NCBI GenBank assembly: GCA_902587025.1
Contig: CACIJJ010000004.1
Span: 4,510 to 68,509, forward strand
Source: an uncultured Candidatus Actinomarina sp.
Lineage (GTDB): Bacteria > Actinomycetota > Acidimicrobiia > Actinomarinales > Actinomarinaceae
Direction: 5' to 3'
DNA length: 64,000 nt
This document shows, one piece after another, positions 53,559-63,182 of the stretch. The notes under the pieces are model-generated. The model did not search any database. It had not been told where the DNA came from and saw only the letters and a program-made list of their open reading frames with translations. Numbering within the stretch: the first letter of the stretch is position 1; every line of letters starts with the position of its first letter. A program made the translations under genes and the position numbers.

Positions 53559-55468
53559 TTCAATAAACTTCTTATTTCATCAGATATTTTTTCAGCATTA
53601 AAGTTAAATTTTTCAGCTAATTGATCGATCGGAGCTGATTCACCAAAAGAATCTATTGAGAATGATTTTTTAATGTTCTGAATATACGTATCCCAACCTA
53701 TTGTTCTTCCCAACTCAATTGTAAAAATATTTTGATTAAGACTTAATGATTCAAGCCTCTCTTCATCTAATCTATTTAAAATTGGCGCGCTAATTATTTG
53801 GACAGATAAATCTTTTAATTTCCTACTTATTTCAAACGCAAGTTCAAGTTCTGAACCTGTTGCAATTAAAGAAATGTCTGAACCAGGCATAAATTCATAA
53901 GCACCTGTTTGAAAATCCTTATAGCTAATGTCATTATCAAAAAATTTCATGTTCTGTCTTGATAAAATTATTGCTTTAGGATTATCTCTTTTTTCCAATG
54001 CATATCTATAAGAATGAATTAACTCCATGCTGTTTGATGGCCTAATAACATCAAGATTAGGTATCAGTCTTAGCGACATTAAGTGTTCGATTGGCTGATG
54101 TGTTGGTCCATCCTCTCCAAGATATATTGAATCATGAGTAAATATAAATAACGAATTAACATTCATCAAAGATGCTAATCGTATACTTGGCCTCATATAA
54201 TCGGAGAAAACTAAAAAAGTTGATCCATATGGTATTAATTTACTATGTAATGCTAGACCGTTTACAATTCCACCCATTGCATGTTCCCTAATTCCAAATT
54301 CAATACTGTTTCCTCCAAAATTATTTGAGCCAAAGGTATTATCACTAATTATTTGTTTTGTTGAAGCAGCTAAATCTGCAGATCCACCAATAATAAATTT
54401 GTTAGATAAACCATACTCATTTAATATTTTGCCACCGACAACCCTTGAAGCTTCATCGCTTGACCATTCCAATTCAACCTCTGGGGTTTCTAAATTATTA
54501 AACTGGTTCCATAAATTCCTAAAATTCTTGTCAGATTGAAGTTTCAATTCTAAGTTAGCTTTCCATTCATCATATTTTGAATTATCATCTGCTCTTTTTT
54601 CATCAAAATATGAATAAATTTCCGAATCATGAATAAAAGGATCAACTGAAAAACCGATATTCTCTAAAAATAGTTCAAATTCATTTTCACCTAGTGGAGA
54701 ACCATGAACTCCACTTGTGTTTTCTTTATTTGGAGCGTATTTACCAATTGTTGATTTAGAAATAATCAACGTTGGCTTATTAGTAACACTTTTTGCAGAT
54801 TCAACTGCGTCAATAATTTCATTTTCTTTATGTGCATCAATTTCGTGCACATCCCATCCCATCGAAATAAATTTTTGTTTTTGGTTTGTTGCTGATACTT
54901 GAGTAACATTTCCGTCAATAGATATGTTATTGTCATCAAAAAAGTAAATTAGTTTTCCGAGCTCCCATAATCCAGCTAATTCTGCGGCTTCAGTTGAAAT
55001 ACCCTCCATTAAATCACCATCAGAAACAATCCCATAAATATGATGATCCACAACATCCTCTCCAAATACAGAGGCTAGATATCTCTCAGCTACTGCTAAA
55101 CCTACGCCATTTGCAAATCCTTGACCGAGTGGTCCTGTTGTTGTATCTATTCCAATCTCAAAATCTTTTTCTGGATGTCCTGCAGTCTTTGATCCTAATT
55201 GTCTAAAATTTTTTATTTCATCTAAAGATATATCGAATCCATTAAAGTGTAAAAGACTATATAGAAGCATTGAACCGTGTCCTGCGCTTAAAACAAATCT
55301 ATCCCGATTGATCCAGTCTGGATGTTTATTTGATACTTTTAAAAAGTTTTTGTACAAAACAACACCAATATCCGCCATACCTAGTGGCATACCAGGATGT
55401 CCAGAGTTTGCTCTTTCAACAGCGGCAGCAGAAAGAACTCTTATAGATTTTGTTACATCGTCAAACAT
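53555..55468 (-). CDS. tkt: transketolase
   Basis: 637 aa. It has SGHPG, the TPP motif GDGDLMEG-like SDGDLMEG, and transketolase Pyr and C-terminal domains. Confidence 0.95.
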   Translation of the reverse strand: MFDDVTKSIRVLSAAAVERANSGHPGMPLGMADIGVVLYKNFLKVSNKHPDWINRDRFVLSAGHGSMLLYSLLHFNGFDISLDEIKNFRQLGSKTAGHPEKDFEIGIDTTTGPLGQGFANGVGLAVAERYLASVFGEDVVDHHIYGIVSDGDLMEGISTEAAELAGLWELGKLIYFFDDNNISIDGNVTQVSATNQKQKFISMGWDVHEIDAHKENEIIDAVESAKSVTNKPTLIISKSTIGKYAPNKENTSGVHGSPLGENEFELFLENIGFSVDPFIHDSEIYSYFDEKRADDNSKYDEWKANLELKLQSDKNFRNLWNQFNNLETPEVELEWSSDEASRVVGGKILNEYGLSNKFIIGGSADLAASTKQIISDNTFGSNNFGGNSIEFGIREHAMGGIVNGLALHSKLIPYGSTFLVFSDYMRPSIRLASLMNVNSLFIFTHDSIYLGEDGPTHQPIEHLMSLRLIPNLDVIRPSNSMELIHSYRYALEKRDNPKAIILSRQNMKFFDNDISYKDFQTGAYEFMPGSDISLIATGSELELAFEISRKLKDLSVQIISAPILNRLDEERLESLSLNQNIFTIELGRTIGWDTYIQNIKKSFSIDSFGESAPIDQLAEKFNFNAEKISDEIRSLLN

Positions 55469-55489
55469 TGCTCTAAGTATATTTATATA

Positions 55490-57118
55490 TCAAACAGAGG
55501 CAAAGGAATCTTTTGCATGATATGAAGATCTTACAAGAGGTCCTGATTCAATATGAGGGATACCAAGCTCTTGGCCGATAGTTTTATATTGCTCAAATTC
55601 TTCTTCTGATACATACCTATCAATTAATCTATGTCTTTGAGTAGGTCTTAAGTACTGTCCAATAGTGACGATATCTATATTGATACGAGATAAATCCTTA
55701 AGTACGGCTATTACCTCTTCAAATTCTTCACCCATGCCAACAATTAAACCAGTCTTGGTCTTTCCGAGAAAATGAGACTCCTTAGCGTATTGAAGTAGAG
55801 CTAGAGAACGACCATAAGATGCCGCAGTTCTTATTTCTCTTTGAAGGCGTGGAACAGTTTCTAAATTATGATTCAATACTTCAGGATTGGCATTTATGAT
55901 ATTATCTATTGCCTCTTTACTACCTTTAAAATCAGGAATTAAGACCTCAATAGATGTTTGATTATTTTTAAGTCTGACCTCATCAATGGTTTTTGCAAAA
56001 AATGCAGAACCTCCATCATCAAGATCATCTCTATTTACAGAGGTTATAACAGCATGGGTAAGGCCCATAATTTTTACACTTGCTGCGACTCGATAAGGTT
56101 CATCCATATCTAGATCACATGGTTTTCCTGTATTCACATCACAAAATCCACATGCTCTTGTACAGGTATCACCCATAATCATGAATGTTGCGGTGCCCAT
56201 GGACCAACATTCATATATATTTGGACATGATGCTTCTTCACATACTGTGTTAAGACGTTTTTCTTTAATTAAACTTTTTAGAGAGAGGTAATCTTTACCA
56301 AGGTTGGCTTTGACTTTCATCCATTCTGGTCTCTCTGGTTCACTCTTTACTGATGAATTTAAAGTAATTGGGACGGAGTTTTTAGAAGCATTGAACACAC
56401 CGTTGTTTACCAATTGATCGATATGAAATTCTTTTTTCTTCTTTAATTGTCTTGGGGTAAATTGAGAAAACTGTTTATCTACTTTCTCATATTTAAATAT
56501 TTCAACAAATTTTCTTGAAATTATTTCGGTGACTTCTTTAAATGAAACTGTCTCATCATATTGCTGGATAGAAACTACATGTTCATCACTGCTTCCACAC
56601 GGATTTATAAAATCAAACCCTTTTGTATTTTCACTTATATTTAATGAGAATCCGTGAAGTGTTGTCCATTTACTGACTTTTATTCCAATAGAAGCAATTT
56701 TTCCTTCTTTGGTCCATACTCCAGTATCATCAGTTTTTGAGAAAGCCTCTATTGATAGTTCAGCAAGTGTATCAATAATAACATTTTCAATTTTACGAAC
56801 AAAAGGAACTACTTTTTTTGGATCATCTAATCTAATTATTGGATATCCAATTAATTGACCATCACCATGAAAGGTGATATCTCCCCCTCTATCTGTTTCA
56901 AAAAATTCAATATTATTTTCATTTAGTATATTTTTTGAAACTAGTAAATTGTTAATATCTCCCGATCTTCCAATTGTCACTACATTATTGTGTTCTAACA
57001 AAAGTAAGTAATCAAATGGTGAATTTTCTAGGCTAGTAGCCGAGTGAAGACCTTTTTGAAGTATATAGGCTTCTCCATAAGGTAATTTTCCTAGCCATCT
57101 GATATTTAATTCTCTCAT
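55490..57118 (-). CDS. lipB-lipA: fused octanoyltransferase LipB and lipoyl synthase LipA
   Basis: A single frame of 542 codons runs from ATG 57118, which forms an ATGA overlap with the E2 stop. The N-terminal about 215 aa are LipB-like (RGGDITFHGDGQLIGYP, SIGIKVSKWTTLHGFSLN). The C-terminal part is LipA-like (CEEASCPNIYEC, radical-SAM CTRACGFC). The track ORF starts 18 nt further upstream. Confidence 0.85.
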   Translation of the reverse strand: MRELNIRWLGKLPYGEAYILQKGLHSATSLENSPFDYLLLLEHNNVVTIGRSGDINNLLVSKNILNENNIEFFETDRGGDITFHGDGQLIGYPIIRLDDPKKVVPFVRKIENVIIDTLAELSIEAFSKTDDTGVWTKEGKIASIGIKVSKWTTLHGFSLNISENTKGFDFINPCGSSDEHVVSIQQYDETVSFKEVTEIISRKFVEIFKYEKVDKQFSQFTPRQLKKKKEFHIDQLVNNGVFNASKNSVPITLNSSVKSEPERPEWMKVKANLGKDYLSLKSLIKEKRLNTVCEEASCPNIYECWSMGTATFMIMGDTCTRACGFCDVNTGKPCDLDMDEPYRVAASVKIMGLTHAVITSVNRDDLDDGGSAFFAKTIDEVRLKNNQTSIEVLIPDFKGSKEAIDNIINANPEVLNHNLETVPRLQREIRTAASYGRSLALLQYAKESHFLGKTKTGLIVGMGEEFEEVIAVLKDLSRINIDIVTIGQYLRPTQRHRLIDRYVSEEEFEQYKTIGQELGIPHIESGPLVRSSYHAKDSFASV

Positions 57119-58398
57119 GATATTTCCTGAGACCAATCTGTATTTTCAAGCTTATTTTTAATTGAATTTAAAAACATCAGAGCTGTAGACCCATCAAAAA
57201 CTCTATGATCCCAAGTTAAACTCAATATGCCAATGTGGCGAATTGCAATTGAGTCAGAACCATCATCCATCTCTAAAACTACTGGTCGTTTTTTAACTGA
57301 CTCAGTGGAGAGTATTGCTACATTCGGTTGATTTATAATTGGTGAAGTGAGAAATGAGTTAAATGATCCGTTATTTGATATCGTAAAGGTACTTCCTGTT
57401 ACATCGTCTAGATTAAATTTTCCATCCCTTAAAAGCTTTGAAATTTCAGTAATTTTTCTTGCAGTACCTTTTAAATTATAGGAATCAGCTCCTCTGATAG
57501 TTCCAACAAGAAGTCCTTCTTGATTTATATCAACTGCAATACCTAGTTCAATATTCTCATGAACTGTATGAACTCCTTTTTCTAAATCAAATGAACTATT
57601 GACTACTGAATGCTCTCTCAATGCACTAACAACAGCATTTGCAATAAATGGCAAATAAGTTAATGAAAAATTATTTTCTTTCTTAAATTTATCTTTTACC
57701 TTGCTTCTTATATTCTCTACATTTTCGAAATCTACCTCTACTGATGTCATCACGTGTGCAGAAGTTTGTTTTGATAAAATCATATTTTCAGCAATTTTTT
57801 TCCTCAACCTTGGAATCTCTGATGTACCAATATCAGCAGATTTTGTTTGTGTCGTTGAGGGTTTTTCTTGACTACTAATTTTTCCAGAGCCATTGTTTAT
57901 ATAGTGGTCAATATCTTTTCTTGTGACCCTACCATCTTTACCTGTTCCCTGTACAGATTTTAAATCAATATTATTTTCTGATGCTAGTCTTCTGACTACT
58001 GGTGAGACTTTACCGATATTTTCTACTTTAGTTGTTGGCTGATCTTCTTCTACAACTTCTTTATTTTCTTCAACTTCTTCGACTAGATTTTGATCAGTTG
58101 GAGCATCTACAACCTCTTCAACCACATTATTCGTATCACTTGTAACATCCTCTGAAGAATTTTTTCCATCCAATTCAAGTAGTGGAGACCCAACTTCTAC
58201 AGTTTCACCCTCTTCAACTAATAATGCAGAAACTGTTCCAGAAAAGGGACTTGGCACTTCAGTATCAACTTTATCTGTAGAAATTTCTAATATTGGATCA
58301 TCTTCTTTTATTGAATCTCCAACATTTACAAGCCACCGGAGTATCGTACCCTCAGTAACAGTTTCCCCAAGCTGTGGCATAGTTATGCGTTCACTCAT
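57115..58398 (-). CDS. dihydrolipoamide acyltransferase, E2 of a 2-oxoacid dehydrogenase complex
   Basis: 427 aa. It has a lipoyl domain (EISTDKVDTEVPS), a peripheral subunit-binding domain (SPVVRRLA..NIDL..V.GTGKDGRVTRKD) and the catalytic motif DHRVFDG. Confidence 0.9.
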   Translation of the reverse strand: MSERITMPQLGETVTEGTILRWLVNVGDSIKEDDPILEISTDKVDTEVPSPFSGTVSALLVEEGETVEVGSPLLELDGKNSSEDVTSDTNNVVEEVVDAPTDQNLVEEVEENKEVVEEDQPTTKVENIGKVSPVVRRLASENNIDLKSVQGTGKDGRVTRKDIDHYINNGSGKISSQEKPSTTQTKSADIGTSEIPRLRKKIAENMILSKQTSAHVMTSVEVDFENVENIRSKVKDKFKKENNFSLTYLPFIANAVVSALREHSVVNSSFDLEKGVHTVHENIELGIAVDINQEGLLVGTIRGADSYNLKGTARKITEISKLLRDGKFNLDDVTGSTFTISNNGSFNSFLTSPIINQPNVAILSTESVKKRPVVLEMDDGSDSIAIRHIGILSLTWDHRVFDGSTALMFLNSIKNKLENTDWSQEIS

Positions 58399-58402
58399 AT
58401 AG

Positions 58403-60409
58403 TTATTGTAATTCCTTTAGGGCATTTATAACTTTTTCAACGCTTGGAATAAATGCATCCTCTAAAACAGGGGCAAATGGAATATGGGTATTTGGAGATG
58501 TAACTTTTTTAATAGGGTTATCAAGATTCCAAAAACCTTTTTCAGCAACAAGTGATGAAATTTCTGAAGCAACTGATGAAAATGGAACATCTTCTTGAAG
58601 AATGCAAATATTTGATGTTTTCTCGACAGAATTCAATATTATTTCTTCATCAAGAGGAACTACAGTTCTTATATCGACTATCTCTACCGAGATATTTTCT
58701 TTTTCAAGTTTTTCAGCAGCTTCTTGTGCAACTGAAACCATACCTGACCAAGTAACTAAGGTTACATCAGATCCTTCACGAACAACTTTTCCTTTACCAA
58801 TCTCAACCTCATAAAGTCCTACTGGTACATCCATTTTGAGATCTGGTTTTCTATAAAGTTTCTTATGCTCTAAGTACATGACCGGATTGGGGTCATTAAC
58901 TGCAGCAACTAATAGTCCTTTTGCATCATAAGGATTAGATGGTGCAACAACTTTAATCCCAGGGTGATGAGCTAATAAAGATTCAGGACTAATTGAATGA
59001 AATGGGCCGGATCTTGTTCCTGCTCCAGTTGGTCCTCTAACAACCATTGGCACAGCTTTTCCAGCTTTCCAATAATATTTTGCAGCTTCGGTTGTTAATT
59101 GATCAAGTGCTGGATAAACAAAATCATAAAATTGCAATTCAACAATCGGTTTTTGACCAGCCAATGCAGCACCTACTGCAGCACCTGTGAAACCACCTTC
59201 AGATATTGCAGTATCAATTACTCTAAACGGTCCAAATTTATCAAATAATCCTTTTGTTGCTTTGAATGCTCCCTCAAACACACCAACATCTTCACCCATA
59301 ATGAATACACCTTCATCAGCTGTCATTAGTTCGTCTAAAGCATTATTTATTGCTTCAATATAATTCATTGTTTTTAAATTATTTAAATTATTTTCAATAA
59401 TTGGTTTTGTTCGAATAGCAAACATATCTTTAAGTTCATCATTAGGATCAGGATCTTCCTGGCTTTTTGCCCACTCAAGGGTATCTCTAATTTCAACTTC
59501 TAAATTAGATCCTAAATCTAAAAAGTCTTGTTCTGTAAATAGTCCTTCATTAACTAATGAATCTTCAAACCTAGCTATAGGATCTCTTTTCATCCAAAAA
59601 TCTCTAACTTCATCCTCAACGTAATCAGCTGGATCATGTCCAGCGTGTCCATAATGTCTAAATGTGACTAATTCAATTAATGTTGGACCTTGACCGTTCC
59701 GAGCATTTTCACATGCTTCGTGAATGGTATCAATGATGTCATAAATATCATTACCGTCAATTATTAAAGATGGAATACCGTATCCTGCTCCTCTATCAGC
59801 AACATTAGGAGTTCCAAATTCAGTCTCATTCGGTGAAGAGTACGCAAATTGGTTATTTTGAACTGTAAAAACGACTGGAAGGTTTAGAACGCCAGCCATA
59901 TTTACACTTTCATGCCAAGTTCCCGTTGCAGTTGCACCTTCACCACAGTTTGCAACAGCTACAACACCACTTCCTTGTTGTTGAGAGGCTAATGCCCAAC
60001 CTACTGCAACAGGTGCAGAATCAGGGAGTGGAGAAACAACCATTAAAGTTCCTTTATCAACTACTCCAAAGTGACTGTTTCCATCTCTTCCTTTTGATGG
60101 ACCATCTTTTTTTCCAAAAAAGTTAAGTGCAACTTCCTTTAAAGTTACACCTTTCATGAGTTGGACACCTAAATCACGATGAGTTCCTCCAAATATATCT
60201 TGTTTAGCCATTCCTGCCCCTATACCTGCCATTGAAGCTTCCTGACCAATTCCTGGATAAACTGCACCGCTTAATTGTCCACCTTTGTACATTTTTAATA
60301 AACGATCCTCAAGAAGTCTTTGTGTTTTCATAGATTTATATACTTCCCAAAGTTGTTCACTTGAGAGAGTTGATGAATATCCTTTTCTTACTATTTTTTC
60401 TACTTTCAC
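58403..60409 (-). CDS. 2-oxoacid dehydrogenase E1 component with fused alpha and beta subunits
   Basis: The alpha-like TPP-binding part (GEGATATGTWHESVNMAG..LPVVF) and the beta-like part (MNYIEAINNAL...IMGEDVG) sit in one frame. I place the start at GTG 60409, which overlaps the lpd stop as TAGTG, giving 668 aa. The track ORF runs on to 60517, inside lpd. Confidence 0.8.
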   Translation of the reverse strand: MKVEKIVRKGYSSTLSSEQLWEVYKSMKTQRLLEDRLLKMYKGGQLSGAVYPGIGQEASMAGIGAGMAKQDIFGGTHRDLGVQLMKGVTLKEVALNFFGKKDGPSKGRDGNSHFGVVDKGTLMVVSPLPDSAPVAVGWALASQQQGSGVVAVANCGEGATATGTWHESVNMAGVLNLPVVFTVQNNQFAYSSPNETEFGTPNVADRGAGYGIPSLIIDGNDIYDIIDTIHEACENARNGQGPTLIELVTFRHYGHAGHDPADYVEDEVRDFWMKRDPIARFEDSLVNEGLFTEQDFLDLGSNLEVEIRDTLEWAKSQEDPDPNDELKDMFAIRTKPIIENNLNNLKTMNYIEAINNALDELMTADEGVFIMGEDVGVFEGAFKATKGLFDKFGPFRVIDTAISEGGFTGAAVGAALAGQKPIVELQFYDFVYPALDQLTTEAAKYYWKAGKAVPMVVRGPTGAGTRSGPFHSISPESLLAHHPGIKVVAPSNPYDAKGLLVAAVNDPNPVMYLEHKKLYRKPDLKMDVPVGLYEVEIGKGKVVREGSDVTLVTWSGMVSVAQEAAEKLEKENISVEIVDIRTVVPLDEEIILNSVEKTSNICILQEDVPFSSVASEISSLVAEKGFWNLDNPIKKVTSPNTHIPFAPVLEDAFIPSVEKVINALKELQ

Positions 60410-61773
60410 TAATGCAACCCTTTCCCAGTCAAACCAAGTAATGATTCTCCTACTGCCTCGCTTAATGTTGGATGAGCATGAATAAACTCTGCTGCCTCTT
60501 CTGGTAGAGCCTCCCATCCAACCATGTACATTATTTCATGTATCATTTCTCCAGCAGAAGGTCCACAAACACTTGCGCCTACTATAGGCCCCTCTTTTTC
60601 TGCATAGACTTTTACTAATCCTTGGTTTTGATCTGTAATCATTGCTCTTCCTACCCCAGCAAAGCTATGCTGAGATTGTTCAATTTCAATATTTTCTAAT
60701 TTAGCTTTTTCGGCATTAAGCCCAATTTCTGCCAATTCTGGCCTTGTATAAACAACATATGGTATTGCTTTATAATCTAATGGCTTTTTTTCACCAGAAG
60801 CAATGTATGTAATCGCCGATATTGCTTCGGCAAAAGCTGCATGAGCTAATTGAGGTGTATTGTTCACGATATCCCCAAGTGCAAAAATATTAGCAACAGA
60901 TGTTTCAAAGGTGTCTAAATCTACATTTATAAAACCATTTTCTGAAGTAATATTTACCTTATCTAATCCAATGTTTTCAGTTAATGGAGCTCTGCCAACG
61001 GCAATTAACACTGCATCGAATTCTTTCTTTTCACCATCTGAAAAATTAACAGTCTTATCATCTATTCCATCAATTGATGTATTTAGCTTAAACTCAACTC
61101 CTCGCTTGGTTAGTTGCTTTCTTAGTTCTCCCGATGTTCTCTTATCCAAACCAGGAAGTATCTCTTTAGCTAATTCAACAACTGTCACTTCTGATTCAAG
61201 ATCATTTAACAGACTTGCAAATTCACAACCAATCGCACCAGCACCAACAATACAAACTTTTTTTGGCGGCTCTTCCCAGTTCAATGCAGTATCTGATGTG
61301 ATAATGAAGTCTTCATCTGGTTCAATATTTGGAAGATTTCTTGGTTTAGATCCAGTCGCAAGAATAATATAATCGGAATCAATTTTTTCGCTGGTTCCAT
61401 CTGATTTTTGTACTAAAACTGAAGACTGACTTTCAATAGAGCCCCATCCTTCTATGACATTTACATTCTTACTTTTTAAAAGCATTTTTATGCCAGATAC
61501 AAGTTTTTCTACTATTTCAACTCTTTTAAGTGATGTTTTATTCCAATCTATTGATTTCCCATCCACATTTATTCCATAATTTTTTGATGTTGAAATTTCA
61601 TGGTTTAACTCTGCAACATGGAGCCAATATTTTGCAGGTATACAACCACGGTTTAGACATGTTCCACCTAAGACATCAGACTCTACAAGTGTTACTTCAA
61701 GATTAAAGTTGTGAGCGTATAGTGCAGCTGCGTATCCAGCTGGTCCCCCGCCAATAATTGTTATTTTTTTCAA
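60409..61773 (-). CDS. lpd: dihydrolipoyl dehydrogenase (E3)
   Basis: 454 aa. It has GGGPAGY and the redox-active disulfide GGTCLNRGCIPAK. An AGAGG Shine-Dalgarno sequence lies upstream. Confidence 0.9.
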   Translation of the reverse strand: MKKITIIGGGPAGYAAALYAHNFNLEVTLVESDVLGGTCLNRGCIPAKYWLHVAELNHEISTSKNYGINVDGKSIDWNKTSLKRVEIVEKLVSGIKMLLKSKNVNVIEGWGSIESQSSVLVQKSDGTSEKIDSDYIILATGSKPRNLPNIEPDEDFIITSDTALNWEEPPKKVCIVGAGAIGCEFASLLNDLESEVTVVELAKEILPGLDKRTSGELRKQLTKRGVEFKLNTSIDGIDDKTVNFSDGEKKEFDAVLIAVGRAPLTENIGLDKVNITSENGFINVDLDTFETSVANIFALGDIVNNTPQLAHAAFAEAISAITYIASGEKKPLDYKAIPYVVYTRPELAEIGLNAEKAKLENIEIEQSQHSFAGVGRAMITDQNQGLVKVYAEKEGPIVGASVCGPSAGEMIHEIMYMVGWEALPEEAAEFIHAHPTLSEAVGESLLGLTGKGLH

Positions 61774-61820
61774 ATTACCTCTTTCAAGATAGGGTTTCTA
61801 TCAAATCGAGATAATAACTA

Positions 61821-61851
61821 CACCATATCTAGGGGTTCCCTGAATATGGTG
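61821..61851. promoter_or_regulatory. strong inverted repeat CACCATAT-N15-ATATGGTG in the divergent region upstream of the lpd operon
   Basis: The arms are a perfect 8 bp. The spacer contains a nested AGGG..CCCT pairing. The repeat lies 48-78 nt upstream of the lpd ATG. A second small repeat, GATAG-GGTTT-CTATC, lies at 61787..61801. Confidence 0.5.
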
Positions 61852-61937
61852 ATCAAAGTTATTTTCACTATTAAATCTAACCTAAAAGATGGCATCCTCC
61901 AACTCAAGATAACTCATTAATAAGATAAAATACTTTT

Positions 61938-62024
61938 ATGCAAACTAGACATCTAATAATTGCTTCCCTGATTACAGCGATAGTTATTGTTGTTGCATTT
62001 GGTGTTTGGGTGATGACTAACTAA
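61938..62024 (+). CDS. possible 28-codon hydrophobic micro-ORF
   Basis: The sequence is ATG..TAA, encoding MQTRHLIIASLITAIVIVVAFGVWVMTN, a single transmembrane-like helix. It ends 1 nt before the TTG start of the MBL gene. No clear Shine-Dalgarno sequence is present, and in AT-rich DNA such an ORF is notable but not conclusive. Confidence 0.25.
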   Translation: MQTRHLIIASLITAIVIVVAFGVWVMTN

Positions 62025-62025
62025 A

Positions 62026-62991
62026 TTGAAAAGTTTTAATCTTGGTCACGGCATATTACATTTCCCTTTAAAACTTCCTTGGGCTCCTCCAGGTTTTGTA
62101 AACATTTATTTAATTGAGGATGATGAAGGCTTCATCATGATTGATTGTGGAGTTAATGGGGATGAGTATTTTGATGAACTAAAAATAAATCTACAAAACT
62201 TAAACATTAATTTTTCAGATATAAATTTATTGATCGGTACACACATGCATTCAGACCACATCGGTCTTTCTGGAGTTTTGAGAGAGGAAGGATTGAAATT
62301 TGGACTTTATGAAAATTCTGAAGAGTTTATTCCCAAATATAATGATTGGACTGATCGATTTAGATTTATTAGTGAGTTTGCAAAAAAACAAGGTGCTCCA
62401 AAAGAATTTGTAGAAGATCTTAACTCGATTACAACTCCATCTACGACTGGCAACCTAACCACCCCCGATGTTCTATTGAAAGAAGGGAAAATAAAAGATA
62501 TAAGTCGAAATCTAGAAGTTATTTTTACACCCGGACATGATATTTCAGAAATATCAATTTATGACCCATCAAGTAAAATTATCTTTTCTGGTGATCACAT
62601 ACTTCCAAGAATTACACCTTTCATTCCTATTCATGATGAAGAAACAAGTATGTTAAATCATTATGTCGACTCACTAAATAAAATGAAGTCCTTTGAACAT
62701 ACAAAAATTGCACCTGGTCATTTTGAAATGATAGATAATCCACAAAATAGGGTTGAGCAAATACTTCTCCACCACGAAAAGAGGTCTGAGAAAATAATTA
62801 ATATTTTAAAAGATGGTGAACTAACGGGATGGGAAGTTACGAAGAAATTATTTTCGCGACCGCTTGATTCAATGAATCTTCGTCTAGCTTTCCAAGAAAC
62901 CATGGCACACCTTAAATATATTGAGTCACAGGGGAAAATTAAACAAAAAGTTTCAGATGTGAATACTTGGAGCCTTACTTTAAAGGTTTAA
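62026..62991 (+). CDS. MBL-fold metallo-hydrolase
   Basis: 321 aa. It has the metal motif GTHMHSDHIG and, downstream, TPGHD and GDH. Confidence 0.8.
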   Translation: MKSFNLGHGILHFPLKLPWAPPGFVNIYLIEDDEGFIMIDCGVNGDEYFDELKINLQNLNINFSDINLLIGTHMHSDHIGLSGVLREEGLKFGLYENSEEFIPKYNDWTDRFRFISEFAKKQGAPKEFVEDLNSITTPSTTGNLTTPDVLLKEGKIKDISRNLEVIFTPGHDISEISIYDPSSKIIFSGDHILPRITPFIPIHDEETSMLNHYVDSLNKMKSFEHTKIAPGHFEMIDNPQNRVEQILLHHEKRSEKIINILKDGELTGWEVTKKLFSRPLDSMNLRLAFQETMAHLKYIESQGKIKQKVSDVNTWSLTLKV

Positions 62992-63181
62992 AACTTCTAT
63001 TCTTTGCTTCCTCTAAAGAATCAGGAGCAAAAGATTGTAATTGATTGTTTTTAACAAGTTCTTTTTCTTCTTCAAGTTGTTCTAGTGCTTTAAAATGATC
63101 GGGATTATCACAATCATAAACTTTCATATTTTTTCTATATCCTATAAATCTGTAACTTTCGAATTTTGGAAGTCTTGGCAA
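62975..63181 (-). CDS. hypothetical small protein
   Basis: 68 aa from a TTG start, or 50 aa from the internal ATG (MKVYDCDNPDHF...). I did not recognise a family. It lies immediately downstream of the acyl-CoA dehydrogenase gene. Confidence 0.3.
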   Translation of the reverse strand: MPRLPKFESYRFIGYRKNMKVYDCDNPDHFKALEQLEEEKELVKNNQLQSFAPDSLEEAKNRSFKPLK

Positions 63182-63182
63182 T

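Noticed and set aside
60410-60517. The N-terminal 36 codons of the 704-aa E1 ORF.
   Set aside because: They overlap the lpd coding sequence in another frame and have an atypical Arg/Ser-rich composition. A GTG at the lpd stop provides a coupled start.
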